From positions 992,001-1,056,000 of the forward strand of contig OZ251219.1 of NCBI GenBank assembly GCA_965240465.1: a stretch of 64,000 bases of DNA, given 5' to 3'. The notes below the pieces were generated by a model. It saw only the letters and a program-made list of their open reading frames with translations. It ran no database searches and was not told the DNA's origin. The position numbers were made by a program, and so were the translations under genes. The stretch comes from a bacterium (GTDB lineage Bacteria > SAR324 > JACQKK01). Numbering within the stretch: the first letter of the stretch is position 1; each line of letters starts with the position of its first letter. Positions 49,160 to 58,935 of this stretch are shown piece by piece.

Positions 49160-51871
49160 GTGGCATTCTTCTGGGTATCTCTCTATTTGCTTAATGCTGT
49201 TTTTTGTTCGCTGAATAATTTTTATTACTATTTGCGTTTTAGGCTCGCCTTTACTGTGCCAAAATTCTCTGTACCTCCATTTTTTACTAAAGAGACTTGG
49301 AATATCCCCAAGCTTATGAAATTGGGAATGTTTGTTGCCTTTGCCACTCTGGTAGCCATCTTGGTGGCACCTAGCTTTTCGCTGGTACCGCCCAGGTATA
49401 GGGAAGGAGAACTAATAACCCGTACCATCGTTGTTACAGACAGCATAAATTTGCGCGATGAGCGCTCTACCCAGTCCCGAATTGAAGAAGCTCTAAAAGA
49501 AGCCCCACCCGTCTATGACTATGATCCTGGCTTAGGAGAGAAAATAGTAAAACAGGTGCGCAAAAGTTTTGCTGTTGCACGCCAACAACAGCAGGAATTA
49601 GAGCAGTCTGTGCGGCAGTCTGAGGAGTCCCTTAGGATAAATTCTATGCAGCGGGTAGATTTGCTAGGGCAGATTGGAGGGCTAATTGAGCGGCAAAAGC
49701 ATCTCAACAGAGAGCGTTTATACGTACTACGAGAATTGGGCGAGTTAAATGATGCTCAGAATTTAGACGAGATTGAGAATAAGCGGGTTGCTAAATTGCG
49801 AGCAGATATTGGTAATTTAAATTTCACACGCCAAGAATGGCAGGGGCAGTTGCAAGCGAGGCGTGCCAAGCTGGAGGGCTTGGAAAAAAATATTCAAGAA
49901 CTGCAAGAAGGAATTCGTCAGGCTAGAACAAACTTTCAACAAGCCCCTACATCCATGCAGACAGAGTTTGAGGCTAATCTGGGAGGTGTAGTTTCTCCTC
50001 AGGTATTTCAGTTATTGCTGCAACAAGAATTTGGAAAAATTTATGAAGATGCCCTAACTGAATTATTACTGAGTGCCTATTCTCAGCGGTTTGCTGTTTC
50101 TAAAGAGGTATTGGGGCAGAACGCCATTCAAGTACAAAATGTTGCCAACGAAGAAATAGAAAGGCTGGAGAATTTTAGCAGTCTGAACGATGTATCCCAA
50201 GTACGTGAGCAACTGGTGGAACAATCAGAACTACTATTACCAGCTTTGGGTAATCGCATAGATAAGGTAGCTCTATTGGCCTTGGTACAATCATTAATTC
50301 AGCCCAATCTCACCGAAAACAAAAGTGCTACAGAAGCTCTGAAACGACGGTTACGTGCCGAAGTCCCTCCGGTATTTTTCGCCCTAAAAAAAGGTGATGT
50401 GGTAGCCAGAGCAGGAGAACTAGCCACAGCTCAGCAAGCGGAAATCATTCGGGCTTTCAATGCTTATAATCGCAAGCACCCGAAGTACACTCAAATACTG
50501 GGTACTTGGGGATTAGTATTGCTACTACTGGGGATGACTATATATCTCATTATCCCACGCATTCTACCCCAAGGAGCTTTGCCTCCTCGCCGAAAACTGA
50601 TGGCAGTCCTGCTACTGGGAAATCTACTGATATCCCAATTATTACTGCTACTTGAGCCAACCTTGAATACTGTTTATCAGCTACCCACCCACGTATACAG
50701 CTTGTTGTTACCTGTTGCACTTACCGCCATGCTGGCAAGCATCGTGGCTGGACGGCAAATCGGAATTATGCTGGGACTGCTACAAGCACTGCTACATGCC
50801 ATCCTGTTGGGCAATCAATTCACTTTCTTTATTTATGGAACGGTAGCTTCTCTGCTGGCAGCTACTGCCACCAACTATGATCGCCGTGCGGTAATCTGGA
50901 AACAAGGAATCACCATCGGACTAGCCAATATGCTGACTACCGTCATCTTATTATTGTTGAGTCAGCAATCACTCGGTACTTCTATTCTGATAAATCTGAC
51001 CGTTGCCTTTGTGAACGGACTGTTGGTGTCTATGTGCTGTACCGCCCTCTTACCATTGATAGAAAAATTCTTTGATATAACTACCAATCTGCGGCTACTG
51101 GAACTAGCTAATATGAATCAACCCACTCTGAAGCAACTCGCAGTGACATCACCGGGGACTTATCAACACAGTATTGTGGTCAGCAATCTTAGCGAATCTG
51201 CTGCAGAAGGCATTAGTGCCAATAATCTACTGGTGAGGGTGGCGTCTTATTACCATGACCTAGGCAAAATGAAATGCCCTCTCTATTTTATTGAAAATCA
51301 GCAGCCCGGCCTTAATTACCACCAGGATATGCCTCCAGAGGTGTCGGCACGCATTATTGTTAACCATGTGCAGGATGGATTGAAAATCGCAACCCAGCAT
51401 AATCTGGGGCGGGCAATCTACGATATTATTCAGCAGCACCATGGCACATCTCTGGTGCGGTTCTTTTTTCATAAGGCTCAGCAAAAATTCAAAAACGATC
51501 CTCAGCAAAAATCAAGGGCTCCTGATGAGGCAGCTTTTCGCTATCGGGGACCAAAACCCCAGAGCAAAGAAGCCGGGTTAGTTATGGCAGCCGATATGAC
51601 AGAAGCAGCCACTCGCAGCTTGCAAGTAATGTCCCCAGAATCTATCCGAGACATGGTTCAAGACATAACCAAATACCTTTATGTGGATGGTCAGCTGGAA
51701 GAATCGGGCTTGACCTTTAATGACTTAAACCACATTGAAAAATGTTTTACTCGTATGATTCTTAGTGTTCACCACCACCGGGTTCAGTATCCAGGACAAA
51801 AAACAATGCTGGAAAAATCCGTCAAACCTTCCCCTGTTTTTCCTACCCCAAAGCGACTAAGAATGACTTAA
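49160..51871 (+). CDS. 7TM-HD membrane phosphohydrolase (PgpH-like, HDIG domain)
   Basis: Large extracellular domain, 7TM block, PGTYQHS, YYHDLGK, QHHGT, FRY.GPKPQ, AD; upstream of ybeY; start may lie downstream (about 49256-49316). Confidence 0.88.
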   Translation: MAFFWVSLYLLNAVFCSLNNFYYYLRFRLAFTVPKFSVPPFFTKETWNIPKLMKLGMFVAFATLVAILVAPSFSLVPPRYREGELITRTIVVTDSINLRDERSTQSRIEEALKEAPPVYDYDPGLGEKIVKQVRKSFAVARQQQQELEQSVRQSEESLRINSMQRVDLLGQIGGLIERQKHLNRERLYVLRELGELNDAQNLDEIENKRVAKLRADIGNLNFTRQEWQGQLQARRAKLEGLEKNIQELQEGIRQARTNFQQAPTSMQTEFEANLGGVVSPQVFQLLLQQEFGKIYEDALTELLLSAYSQRFAVSKEVLGQNAIQVQNVANEEIERLENFSSLNDVSQVREQLVEQSELLLPALGNRIDKVALLALVQSLIQPNLTENKSATEALKRRLRAEVPPVFFALKKGDVVARAGELATAQQAEIIRAFNAYNRKHPKYTQILGTWGLVLLLLGMTIYLIIPRILPQGALPPRRKLMAVLLLGNLLISQLLLLLEPTLNTVYQLPTHVYSLLLPVALTAMLASIVAGRQIGIMLGLLQALLHAILLGNQFTFFIYGTVASLLAATATNYDRRAVIWKQGITIGLANMLTTVILLLLSQQSLGTSILINLTVAFVNGLLVSMCCTALLPLIEKFFDITTNLRLLELANMNQPTLKQLAVTSPGTYQHSIVVSNLSESAAEGISANNLLVRVASYYHDLGKMKCPLYFIENQQPGLNYHQDMPPEVSARIIVNHVQDGLKIATQHNLGRAIYDIIQQHHGTSLVRFFFHKAQQKFKNDPQQKSRAPDEAAFRYRGPKPQSKEAGLVMAADMTEAATRSLQVMSPESIRDMVQDITKYLYVDGQLEESGLTFNDLNHIEKCFTRMILSVHHHRVQYPGQKTMLEKSVKPSPVFPTPKRLRMT

Positions 51872-51890
51872 ACAATCCCCTAGCCTTTTT

Positions 51891-52409
51891 ATGCTAAACA
51901 TACCGCTCTCAACATCTGAAAAAAAATTGGTGCAGGTCGGCTGGGCAGCCCAGTTCAAAGAAAAAGAACTTCCTCTCGCCCCTAAGCACTTGCAAACTGT
52001 TACGGCAGGGTTTCTCAAGAAGCTGGGATTAGCAGGCGGGGCGTTGGAGGTATGGCTAGACAGCGATGCAGGTATCGCCCAGCTTAATCAAACTGGGCGT
52101 GGGTACGCTAAACCTACCGATGTATTATCCTGGCGGTACTGGGATGTTTCTCCTAAACAATGTGCTGAAGAAGGATGTTTGCTGGGAGAAGTAGCCATAT
52201 CTTTGGAAACTGCTCATCGCCAAGCTATTCGCTATGGCTGGGACTGGCAGGAAGAATTGTTGCGTATTCTAGCCCATGGTTGCACTCATGTGGGTGGCTA
52301 TGATCATCAGGAACCATCAGAAGCAGAACTAATGCAAGCTCAGGAAAATTCGCTGTTGCAAGCAATAGGCTTGAAGCTGATAATTAATCCACTATCTCAT
52401 TGTAGCTGA
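51891..52409 (+). CDS. ybeY: rRNA maturation endoribonuclease YbeY
   Basis: PTDVLSW, LGEVAIS, HGCTHVGGYDH (H3xH5xH). Confidence 0.92.
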   Translation: MLNIPLSTSEKKLVQVGWAAQFKEKELPLAPKHLQTVTAGFLKKLGLAGGALEVWLDSDAGIAQLNQTGRGYAKPTDVLSWRYWDVSPKQCAEEGCLLGEVAISLETAHRQAIRYGWDWQEELLRILAHGCTHVGGYDHQEPSEAELMQAQENSLLQAIGLKLIINPLSHCS

Positions 52410-52518
52410 GGTTTGAGACTGTTACGGTTATCAGTTATCCTTGGCCGGGATTATGAGCTAGAAATGGTAGGCTGGATATTCTTAAAACGGATAAGCATGC
52501 TTGTTGAAATAGATAGAT

Positions 52519-54312
52519 ATGAGTAGTCTGGAAAAAGAAGAACGCACCCATCATTGTGGAGATTTGAGGGGGACAGATAAAGAAAAACGTGTCCTCTTAT
52601 GTGGTTGGGTGGATACTCGTCGTGACCATGGCGGGGTAGTATTTGTAGATTTACGTGACCATACGGGTATCGTTCAAGTGGTGTTCAAGCCGGAGGTGAA
52701 TGCTACCATTCACAAACAGGCAGATATTTTGAGGAATGAATATGTGATCGCCGTCAGCGGTAAAGTGGCTCTAAGAGAAGAAGGTGCTACTAACCCAGAT
52801 CTGTCTACAGGTGAAATAGAATTATTGGCTGATAAATTGGAGTTGCTTAATGCTTCTAAGCCTGTGCCTTACGCTCTGGAAGATGAGGTTGAGGAGCGTA
52901 ATCGGCTGACATTTCGCAGTTATGATTTACGTCGCTCGGTTATGCAGCATAATTTGCGTTTGCGTTCTGAGGCAGCACGTTTGACGCGTAATTACTTGCA
53001 CGAGCAGGGCTTTATTGAGGTGGAAACCCCCATGCTCACGCGGGCTACCCCAGAGGGGGCACGTGATTATCTGGTGCCTGCACGAGTTCAGCCAGGCTCG
53101 TTTTATGCCTTGCCGCAATCACCGCAATTATTTAAGCAGCTACTCATGGTAGGAGGGATGGATCGCTATTACCAAATCGCCCGCTGTTTTCGGGATGAAG
53201 ACCTGCGGGGTAATCGGCAGCCAGAATTCACTCAGATAGACCTGGAAATGGCATTTACTAACCCGGATATGGTGATGGAATTAACTGATGGCCTCATGGC
53301 ATATCTATTTGGCGAGCTGAGCGATTGGAATGTGTCCTTGCCTATTGAGCGAATGGATTATCAGCGAGCCATGGCAGAATATGGCAGCGATGCCCCTGAT
53401 GTTCGCTATGATTTGAAGTTATGTGATGTAGCAGATTTGGTGCAGGATACCGAGTGTCAAGTATTGGCGAATCCTGTGCGAAATGGTGGAGCCGCGAAAG
53501 CCATTTGTGTGCCTGATGGAGCTGGTCTTAGTCGTAAGGACTTGGATGAATTAGTTGAGTTAGCGCGCGAATGGGGTGCCAAAGGGTTGGCATGGGTAAA
53601 AAAGCAAGATTCAGAATGGCATTCTCCGATCGCCAAATTTTTTAATGCCTCCCAACAGCAGGCACTGGAAAAAAAACTCTTATTGAAAAACAACGGACTG
53701 GCTTTGTTTAGTGCTGATAAGCCTAAGGTAGTAGATGAATGCTTGGGTCAGGTGCGTCGTTGGCTGGCAGCTAAGCTGGGGTTGCTCAAGCAGGGAGAGC
53801 ATAAATTTGTGTGGGTAGAGAAATTTCCCCTCTTGATAGGTGAAGGTGCTGGCTGGCGTGCCATGCATCATCCATTTAGTGCACCTGTACCTGAAGATTG
53901 GGATCTATGGCACAAAAAAGACCCCTCCCGCATAACTGCTTTGTCCTATGATTTAGTACTAGATGGGGTGGAACTAGGGGGAGGTAGCATACGTAATCAT
54001 CGCCGTGAGATACAAGAGCAGCTCTTTGAATTGATTGGGCTACCTAAAAAGATCTCCCAGCAGCGTTTTGGATTTTTATTGAACGCCCTAGAGCTCGGTG
54101 CCCCACCGCATGGAGGCATTGCATTAGGGTTTGATCGCATCATGATGGCTATGTGTGGCACCGATTCCATTCGTGACGTGATCGCATTCCCTAAAACCCA
54201 AAAGGCAACCGATTTAATGGTGGAAGCACCTGCTGCTGTTGATGATAAACAACTTAAGGAATTATACTTGCAAACCACTATTAAAGAACCTTCCCCTTCA
54301 CCAGGGGAATAA
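52519..54312 (+). CDS. aspS: Aspartate-tRNA ligase (probably non-discriminating Asp/Asn type)
   Basis: RTHHCG, RRDHGG, ALPQSPQLFKQ, CFRDEDLR, HHPF, GAPPHGG. Confidence 0.97.
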   Translation: MSSLEKEERTHHCGDLRGTDKEKRVLLCGWVDTRRDHGGVVFVDLRDHTGIVQVVFKPEVNATIHKQADILRNEYVIAVSGKVALREEGATNPDLSTGEIELLADKLELLNASKPVPYALEDEVEERNRLTFRSYDLRRSVMQHNLRLRSEAARLTRNYLHEQGFIEVETPMLTRATPEGARDYLVPARVQPGSFYALPQSPQLFKQLLMVGGMDRYYQIARCFRDEDLRGNRQPEFTQIDLEMAFTNPDMVMELTDGLMAYLFGELSDWNVSLPIERMDYQRAMAEYGSDAPDVRYDLKLCDVADLVQDTECQVLANPVRNGGAAKAICVPDGAGLSRKDLDELVELAREWGAKGLAWVKKQDSEWHSPIAKFFNASQQQALEKKLLLKNNGLALFSADKPKVVDECLGQVRRWLAAKLGLLKQGEHKFVWVEKFPLLIGEGAGWRAMHHPFSAPVPEDWDLWHKKDPSRITALSYDLVLDGVELGGGSIRNHRREIQEQLFELIGLPKKISQQRFGFLLNALELGAPPHGGIALGFDRIMMAMCGTDSIRDVIAFPKTQKATDLMVEAPAAVDDKQLKELYLQTTIKEPSPSPGE

Positions 54313-54313
54313 A

Positions 54314-55378
54314 TTGCTCTCTTTTACGCTTCAAAATTTGCCCGATGACGCCCGTGTTATGTTGGTGCGATTTAACTCTCTCGGGGATGTGATCAAGTGC
54401 ACTGCACTACCTCGCTTAATCAAGAAGCAGCACCCTCGGGTTCGCTTAGGCTTTGTTACTCTCAGCCAACATGCTCCTTTGCTGGCTAATAATCCGCACT
54501 TGGATGAAGTTCTCTGTTATCCTCGCCAAGATAATCTAAAAGGATTGTTCCAGCTGACAAAACAGCTACGGAACAGGCGTCCTCAGTTAATAATTGATCT
54601 ACACAACAGCCTGAGAAGTCGTTTTTTGCGTCTGGGAGTGAACAGTCATTGGATAATCCTTAACAAACACAATTGGCAGCGTGGGTTGCTTTCTGCCTGG
54701 GGCTGGGAGATGTATTCTCATTACCCTAGCAAGCAAGACGATTTCCTACAGCTCCTGTACCCATGGAATATAAAAGACGATGGGCTAGGCACAGAAATTT
54801 ATTTGGGACAATTGGAACAAACTCAGCAATTCAGGAGTTCCTTTTCTGCCGAACTAAAATGGTTGAAAAACTGCCGCCGTCCCTTGCTGTCTGTGGCTCC
54901 AGTGGCTGCTTGGCCCTTAAAATGCTGGCCGCTTGCTCATGTGGAAACGCTACTAAAGAAATTTATCAGCCAGTGCAATGGCAGTGTAATGCTCTTTGGA
55001 GGTGCTCATGACGAAGGCTCAAAAGAACTGGCTGCCCAGTTGGGTAGATCAGCGATCAATTTGGCGGGGCGTACCAATTTTTTGGAGTCAGCTTGGTTTG
55101 CTTCCAAGTCTAATCTGATGGTCGCCAACGACACCGGGATGTCCCACATTGCTGAAGCGGTTGGGGTGGATACGTTGGTATTCTTTGGCCCTACTACCGA
55201 ACACTGGGGCTTTTTTCCCCAGCGTGCCTCCAGCCGAGTGTTACAGTGCGATCTTCCTTGTCGTCCGTGTACTCGCAATGGCAAAGGACGCTGCCATCAT
55301 CCGTGGCAGCAAGCCTGTTTGGCTTCCATTACCCCCAATAATGCCCTACAGCAGATATGCCAGATGCTTAACTGCTAG
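54314..55378 (+). CDS. GT9 LPS heptosyltransferase (WaaF/WaaC family)
   Basis: RFNSLGDV, IDLH, KCWP, NDTGMSHIA, FFGPT, CRPC; TTG start just after the aspS stop preferred. Confidence 0.9.
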   Translation: MLSFTLQNLPDDARVMLVRFNSLGDVIKCTALPRLIKKQHPRVRLGFVTLSQHAPLLANNPHLDEVLCYPRQDNLKGLFQLTKQLRNRRPQLIIDLHNSLRSRFLRLGVNSHWIILNKHNWQRGLLSAWGWEMYSHYPSKQDDFLQLLYPWNIKDDGLGTEIYLGQLEQTQQFRSSFSAELKWLKNCRRPLLSVAPVAAWPLKCWPLAHVETLLKKFISQCNGSVMLFGGAHDEGSKELAAQLGRSAINLAGRTNFLESAWFASKSNLMVANDTGMSHIAEAVGVDTLVFFGPTTEHWGFFPQRASSRVLQCDLPCRPCTRNGKGRCHHPWQQACLASITPNNALQQICQMLNC

Positions 55379-55418
55379 GATTTGTATCAATTGTCTCGTT
55401 TGCGGGTTATTTTTTACC

Positions 55419-56750
55419 ATGTCAAAACACGCACAGGTAAAAGGGTCATTATCGCTACCGCCAGGAACTTATTGGTGGCAAATATTTTATCGTGGATTAT
55501 TACATCCTTTGTTGATGAGTTTGCTGTGGCTGGGGGCATTATTTCAACCTAAATGGAGAGCTACTTGGCAGCAAAGAAATATGGCAGAACGGTTGCTCTC
55601 CTCTGTATTAAGGAAGCTAAACAAAGATCTGCCACTCGTATGGTTTCACGTAGCTAGTGCAGGAGAATTTCTACAAGCTCTACCCATTATAGAACAACTG
55701 ATCGCATGCAAAACTCAGTGTGTAGTGAGCTTTACTTCGCCCAGTGCTGCCAATTGGATAAAACGTGCCCAACTTGAACATCCTCACTGGCTGTTAAGCT
55801 TTCCCTTTCCTTTAGACAAACGCAGTAGTGTTAAGAACCTACTGCAACAACTTAACCCCGCAGCTTTGATCCTTATAAAATATGATCTTTGGCCTAACTT
55901 AATATGGGAAGCCCGCCTAAAACAGATTCCCATTCATCTCTTTGGTGTATCCCTACATAAGCGTTCTGCTATTTTTCTTAGATTTGCACGAAGGTGGCTC
56001 CGTTGCCTGCTGTCTAGCATCTCCTACGTGAGTACCGTCAGCAAAAGTGATGTCCAATTCCTTAGTACGCTTTGTCCCACTCACCACCACATTAAAGTGT
56101 TAGGGGATGGTCGCTTTGATAATGTGCTTAAGCGTATTCAGACTCATCCGCCACCCGTACCACTGGGGATTAGCAAATCTAAACAAATTCTAGTAGCTGG
56201 TAGCACTTGGCCGCCCGATGAGCATGTTCTACTACCAGCCATTAAGCAAACCTTAAAAAAATTTCCTCAATTTGCGGTGTTGCTGGCTCCCCATGAACCA
56301 ACTCCCACTGCCATCAAGAGTCTGGAAAAAGCATTGAAAGAATTTGGCTGCCTGAGACTGAGCCAAGTATCTGCTAAGTCATCTTCACCGGCCCGGGTAC
56401 TACTACTGGATGAAATTGGTCATCTCGCATCCAGCTACAAACTAGGGACAATGGCGTACGTAGGTGGCGGCTTTACTACTGGGGTACACAATGTACTGGA
56501 ACCAGCCGTAGCCGCCCTGCCTGTTTGCTTTGGTCCCCTACATCAAAACTCACCAGAAGCCTGCGATATGATCCGCAAAAAATTGGCATTCTGTATTTCT
56601 AACACCCAAACCTTCCAAGAACGGCTACTATACTGGTTGTCCTTACCGCAAAACGCAATTCAAATAGGAAAGAAATCCCGCCAATTCGTGACCCAGCAAG
56701 CAGGGACATCAGAGGCATGTTGCCGCCAGATTCTAAAATCAATCGCTTAA
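55419..56750 (+). CDS. waaA: Kdo transferase
   Basis: WFHVASAGE, DLWPNL, AGST, APH, VGGGF..HNVLEPA. Confidence 0.9.
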   Translation: MSKHAQVKGSLSLPPGTYWWQIFYRGLLHPLLMSLLWLGALFQPKWRATWQQRNMAERLLSSVLRKLNKDLPLVWFHVASAGEFLQALPIIEQLIACKTQCVVSFTSPSAANWIKRAQLEHPHWLLSFPFPLDKRSSVKNLLQQLNPAALILIKYDLWPNLIWEARLKQIPIHLFGVSLHKRSAIFLRFARRWLRCLLSSISYVSTVSKSDVQFLSTLCPTHHHIKVLGDGRFDNVLKRIQTHPPPVPLGISKSKQILVAGSTWPPDEHVLLPAIKQTLKKFPQFAVLLAPHEPTPTAIKSLEKALKEFGCLRLSQVSAKSSSPARVLLLDEIGHLASSYKLGTMAYVGGGFTTGVHNVLEPAVAALPVCFGPLHQNSPEACDMIRKKLAFCISNTQTFQERLLYWLSLPQNAIQIGKKSRQFVTQQAGTSEACCRQILKSIA

Positions 56751-56798
56751 GGTTATCGGCAATATGTGCTGAGTTTTACTACCCAGAACATACTGAAT

Positions 56799-58172
56799 CT
56801 ATCGCTCTTGGAGGTTTCGTATTGTTCTAAAAATGGGATTAGTAATTCGGTAGTGCAGTTGGCGAATGTTTTGGATTAGTTGTTCCCGTGAGGTAATGTG
56901 TTGGCTTTCTAGCTTAATACGCTGAGAGCCTAGGGTGTACTCAATTACCTCGGCGTCTAGGAAGGTGACAGGTTGTGAGGGAGCTTGAAAAATCAGCTGA
57001 AAGGGGATGGTTTTTTTTAGGGGCAATGCTTCAGAAGCTTGTTGACGGGCTTCATCAGTGTATCCCCAGTTTAATGATTTTGAAGCAGACCATTTTTTTA
57101 ATTGCTCTAATGACAACACTACTCCTCCCCAGCCATAGGCTACCTGTCTTTGAGGCTGAACAGGAGAACCAGTTTGCACAACCGCAACCACTCGTACCAG
57201 ATTCAAGGGTTCAGAAATTATTTTCTGATGAAGAAGATTGCCATTGACCACTAGCAGTTGTGATTTTTGTTCATTGATGAATATATCTCCCCTAGGCCAA
57301 TGCTCTACGGTGAATAAAGATTCTGTTGCCACAGCCTTTTTTTGAGAAAATTGCTGTTGCCGAAATGACCAGGATAACCAGCCTCCTGTCACGACAGCAA
57401 CAGCAATTATTAAGAATATCAGCGTCAATCCCAGCCTAGCCATTTTGGAGGGGGGGGGAGTTGCAATATGAGAAGAGTCAGCCTCGGAATCAGAGATGTA
57501 TCCAGGAGTATAAGGATATGGCTTGTGGGAACTGGTTTTTAGTACTCTGTCAGCTTGAGAGGTAGTCCATTGGGATAATTTTTCCAGCTGCGAATCTTCT
57601 CCAGTTTTTACTGGCGGAGGGGTGGTAGTTTCTTGAGGAGCAGTAAATAAGGGTGATTTAGGTGCGAGGAGGGCATCTTCTTTGGAGAGTGTCTCCTTGG
57701 AAGTGGCAGACAGCGGCAACAGAGGGTCTTTCTCAATGGGGGTGGGTTTTTGTGCATCTGCATCTGCGATATTTTTTTCTGCAATGTCGGGCGTCGTAGG
57801 GACAGTCGGAGTAAATAAGCGATGGCGTTGTTGTTCGGGGATTGTTGCTGAGGTATTGAAATCGTCTTTGCTGTCAAATGTTATGGCGTTGAGGTATTCC
57901 TGTTCTTTTTCAGGAGAAATGAATAAGTTTGGTGGCGGTGGTGTTTGGGATGCTTCATCTGGGGATGCTTTCTCTGGGGGTGTGGCGGGATCTTCTGCGG
58001 GCGGAGGAGAAGAGCTGGCGGTGTAAAAAGGAGATTGAAAGATGTGGGTGCAGCTACTGCATCGCAAACGGCTGCGGTTACGCAAAGTATCGGTAGGTAC
58101 CCGATACAATGCTCTACAGCTGGGGCAGCGTATTTCACTATGATGATTTTTAGGGTCTATAAATTCGTTCAT
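56799..58172 (-). CDS. Zinc-ribbon (MJ0042-type finger) membrane protein with Pro-rich linker, DUF3426-like architecture
   Basis: IRCPSC..Y....LRCSSC.HIF, long P/T/S-rich linker, single TM helix, C-terminal periplasmic domain. Confidence 0.75.
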   Translation of the reverse strand: MNEFIDPKNHHSEIRCPSCRALYRVPTDTLRNRSRLRCSSCTHIFQSPFYTASSSPPPAEDPATPPEKASPDEASQTPPPPNLFISPEKEQEYLNAITFDSKDDFNTSATIPEQQRHRLFTPTVPTTPDIAEKNIADADAQKPTPIEKDPLLPLSATSKETLSKEDALLAPKSPLFTAPQETTTPPPVKTGEDSQLEKLSQWTTSQADRVLKTSSHKPYPYTPGYISDSEADSSHIATPPPSKMARLGLTLIFLIIAVAVVTGGWLSWSFRQQQFSQKKAVATESLFTVEHWPRGDIFINEQKSQLLVVNGNLLHQKIISEPLNLVRVVAVVQTGSPVQPQRQVAYGWGGVVLSLEQLKKWSASKSLNWGYTDEARQQASEALPLKKTIPFQLIFQAPSQPVTFLDAEVIEYTLGSQRIKLESQHITSREQLIQNIRQLHYRITNPIFRTIRNLQER

Positions 58173-58393
58173 GGTTGTTGGTGGGGATATATTGGATTTG
58201 ACCACTTTCACCTACAATAAGAGGATCCTACCTCATTCTAGGACTATCATTACTTGAATATTGACAGATGGCAACTTGGCTTGTTCTATGCATGAAATCG
58301 GGGGTATACGAGGGGTGTGAAGGAAGTAACTGGGCGGGATAAATTTTTGCGATGTTGATAACAATGTTGAAGAATAACACAAAGCAGATCCCG

Positions 58394-58927
58394 ATGAGAT
58401 ATTTTTTGGGAAGATGGGCAGGTTTGGTTTTGGTGGTGATGTGTTTGGCAAGCAGTGCCTGGGGTGATGAGAAGAAAACACCTAAGACTGTAAAAGAAGC
58501 AAAAGGATACCATACTGCTCCATTGTCGGGTGCTGCTTTGGGAGGTCAGGGTTCAACTTATGGAGTACCCGGTGATAGTGGGGGTGTATTATTTAAGACT
58601 CCGTTTCAGCCAACGGCAGTGCGGGTGGGGATATTTGGTGAGGTGGAGTCTAGGCCGAAGTTAGTGAGATTGCGTTTGTTTTTAGAGCAAGAAGCCTCGC
58701 TATCTTTGAATAAGCGTCTCGGAATGCGTATGCTGATCTTGGGTTGGTTTGAAGGGCAAGTGTGGCATCAGGAGCAATTAGTACGCTATCGGGATGGTTT
58801 TTTGCGGGCTGCTTTATTGATAGCCGATGCCATGGATGGTCGGCAAATAGTTAAGCGAGTAGATACTGGGAGCCTGCCTGAAGGGGTGGATGTATTGATA
58901 GAATTAGGTAGCTTGTCTTTGAAATAA
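58394..58927 (+). CDS. Exported protein, possible LytR C-terminal-like domain
   Basis: Signal peptide (ASSAWG), YRDGF..A..IA and terminal VDVLIELG resemble LytR_C. Confidence 0.5.
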   Translation: MRYFLGRWAGLVLVVMCLASSAWGDEKKTPKTVKEAKGYHTAPLSGAALGGQGSTYGVPGDSGGVLFKTPFQPTAVRVGIFGEVESRPKLVRLRLFLEQEASLSLNKRLGMRMLILGWFEGQVWHQEQLVRYRDGFLRAALLIADAMDGRQIVKRVDTGSLPEGVDVLIELGSLSLK

Positions 58928-58935
58928 GATTCCTG

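Noticed and set aside
54239-55418. Long overlaps aspS/GT9 and GT9/waaA suggesting frameshifts or overlapping genes
   Set aside because: Explained by over-extended ORF calls; in-frame starts at 54314 and 55419 remove the overlaps.
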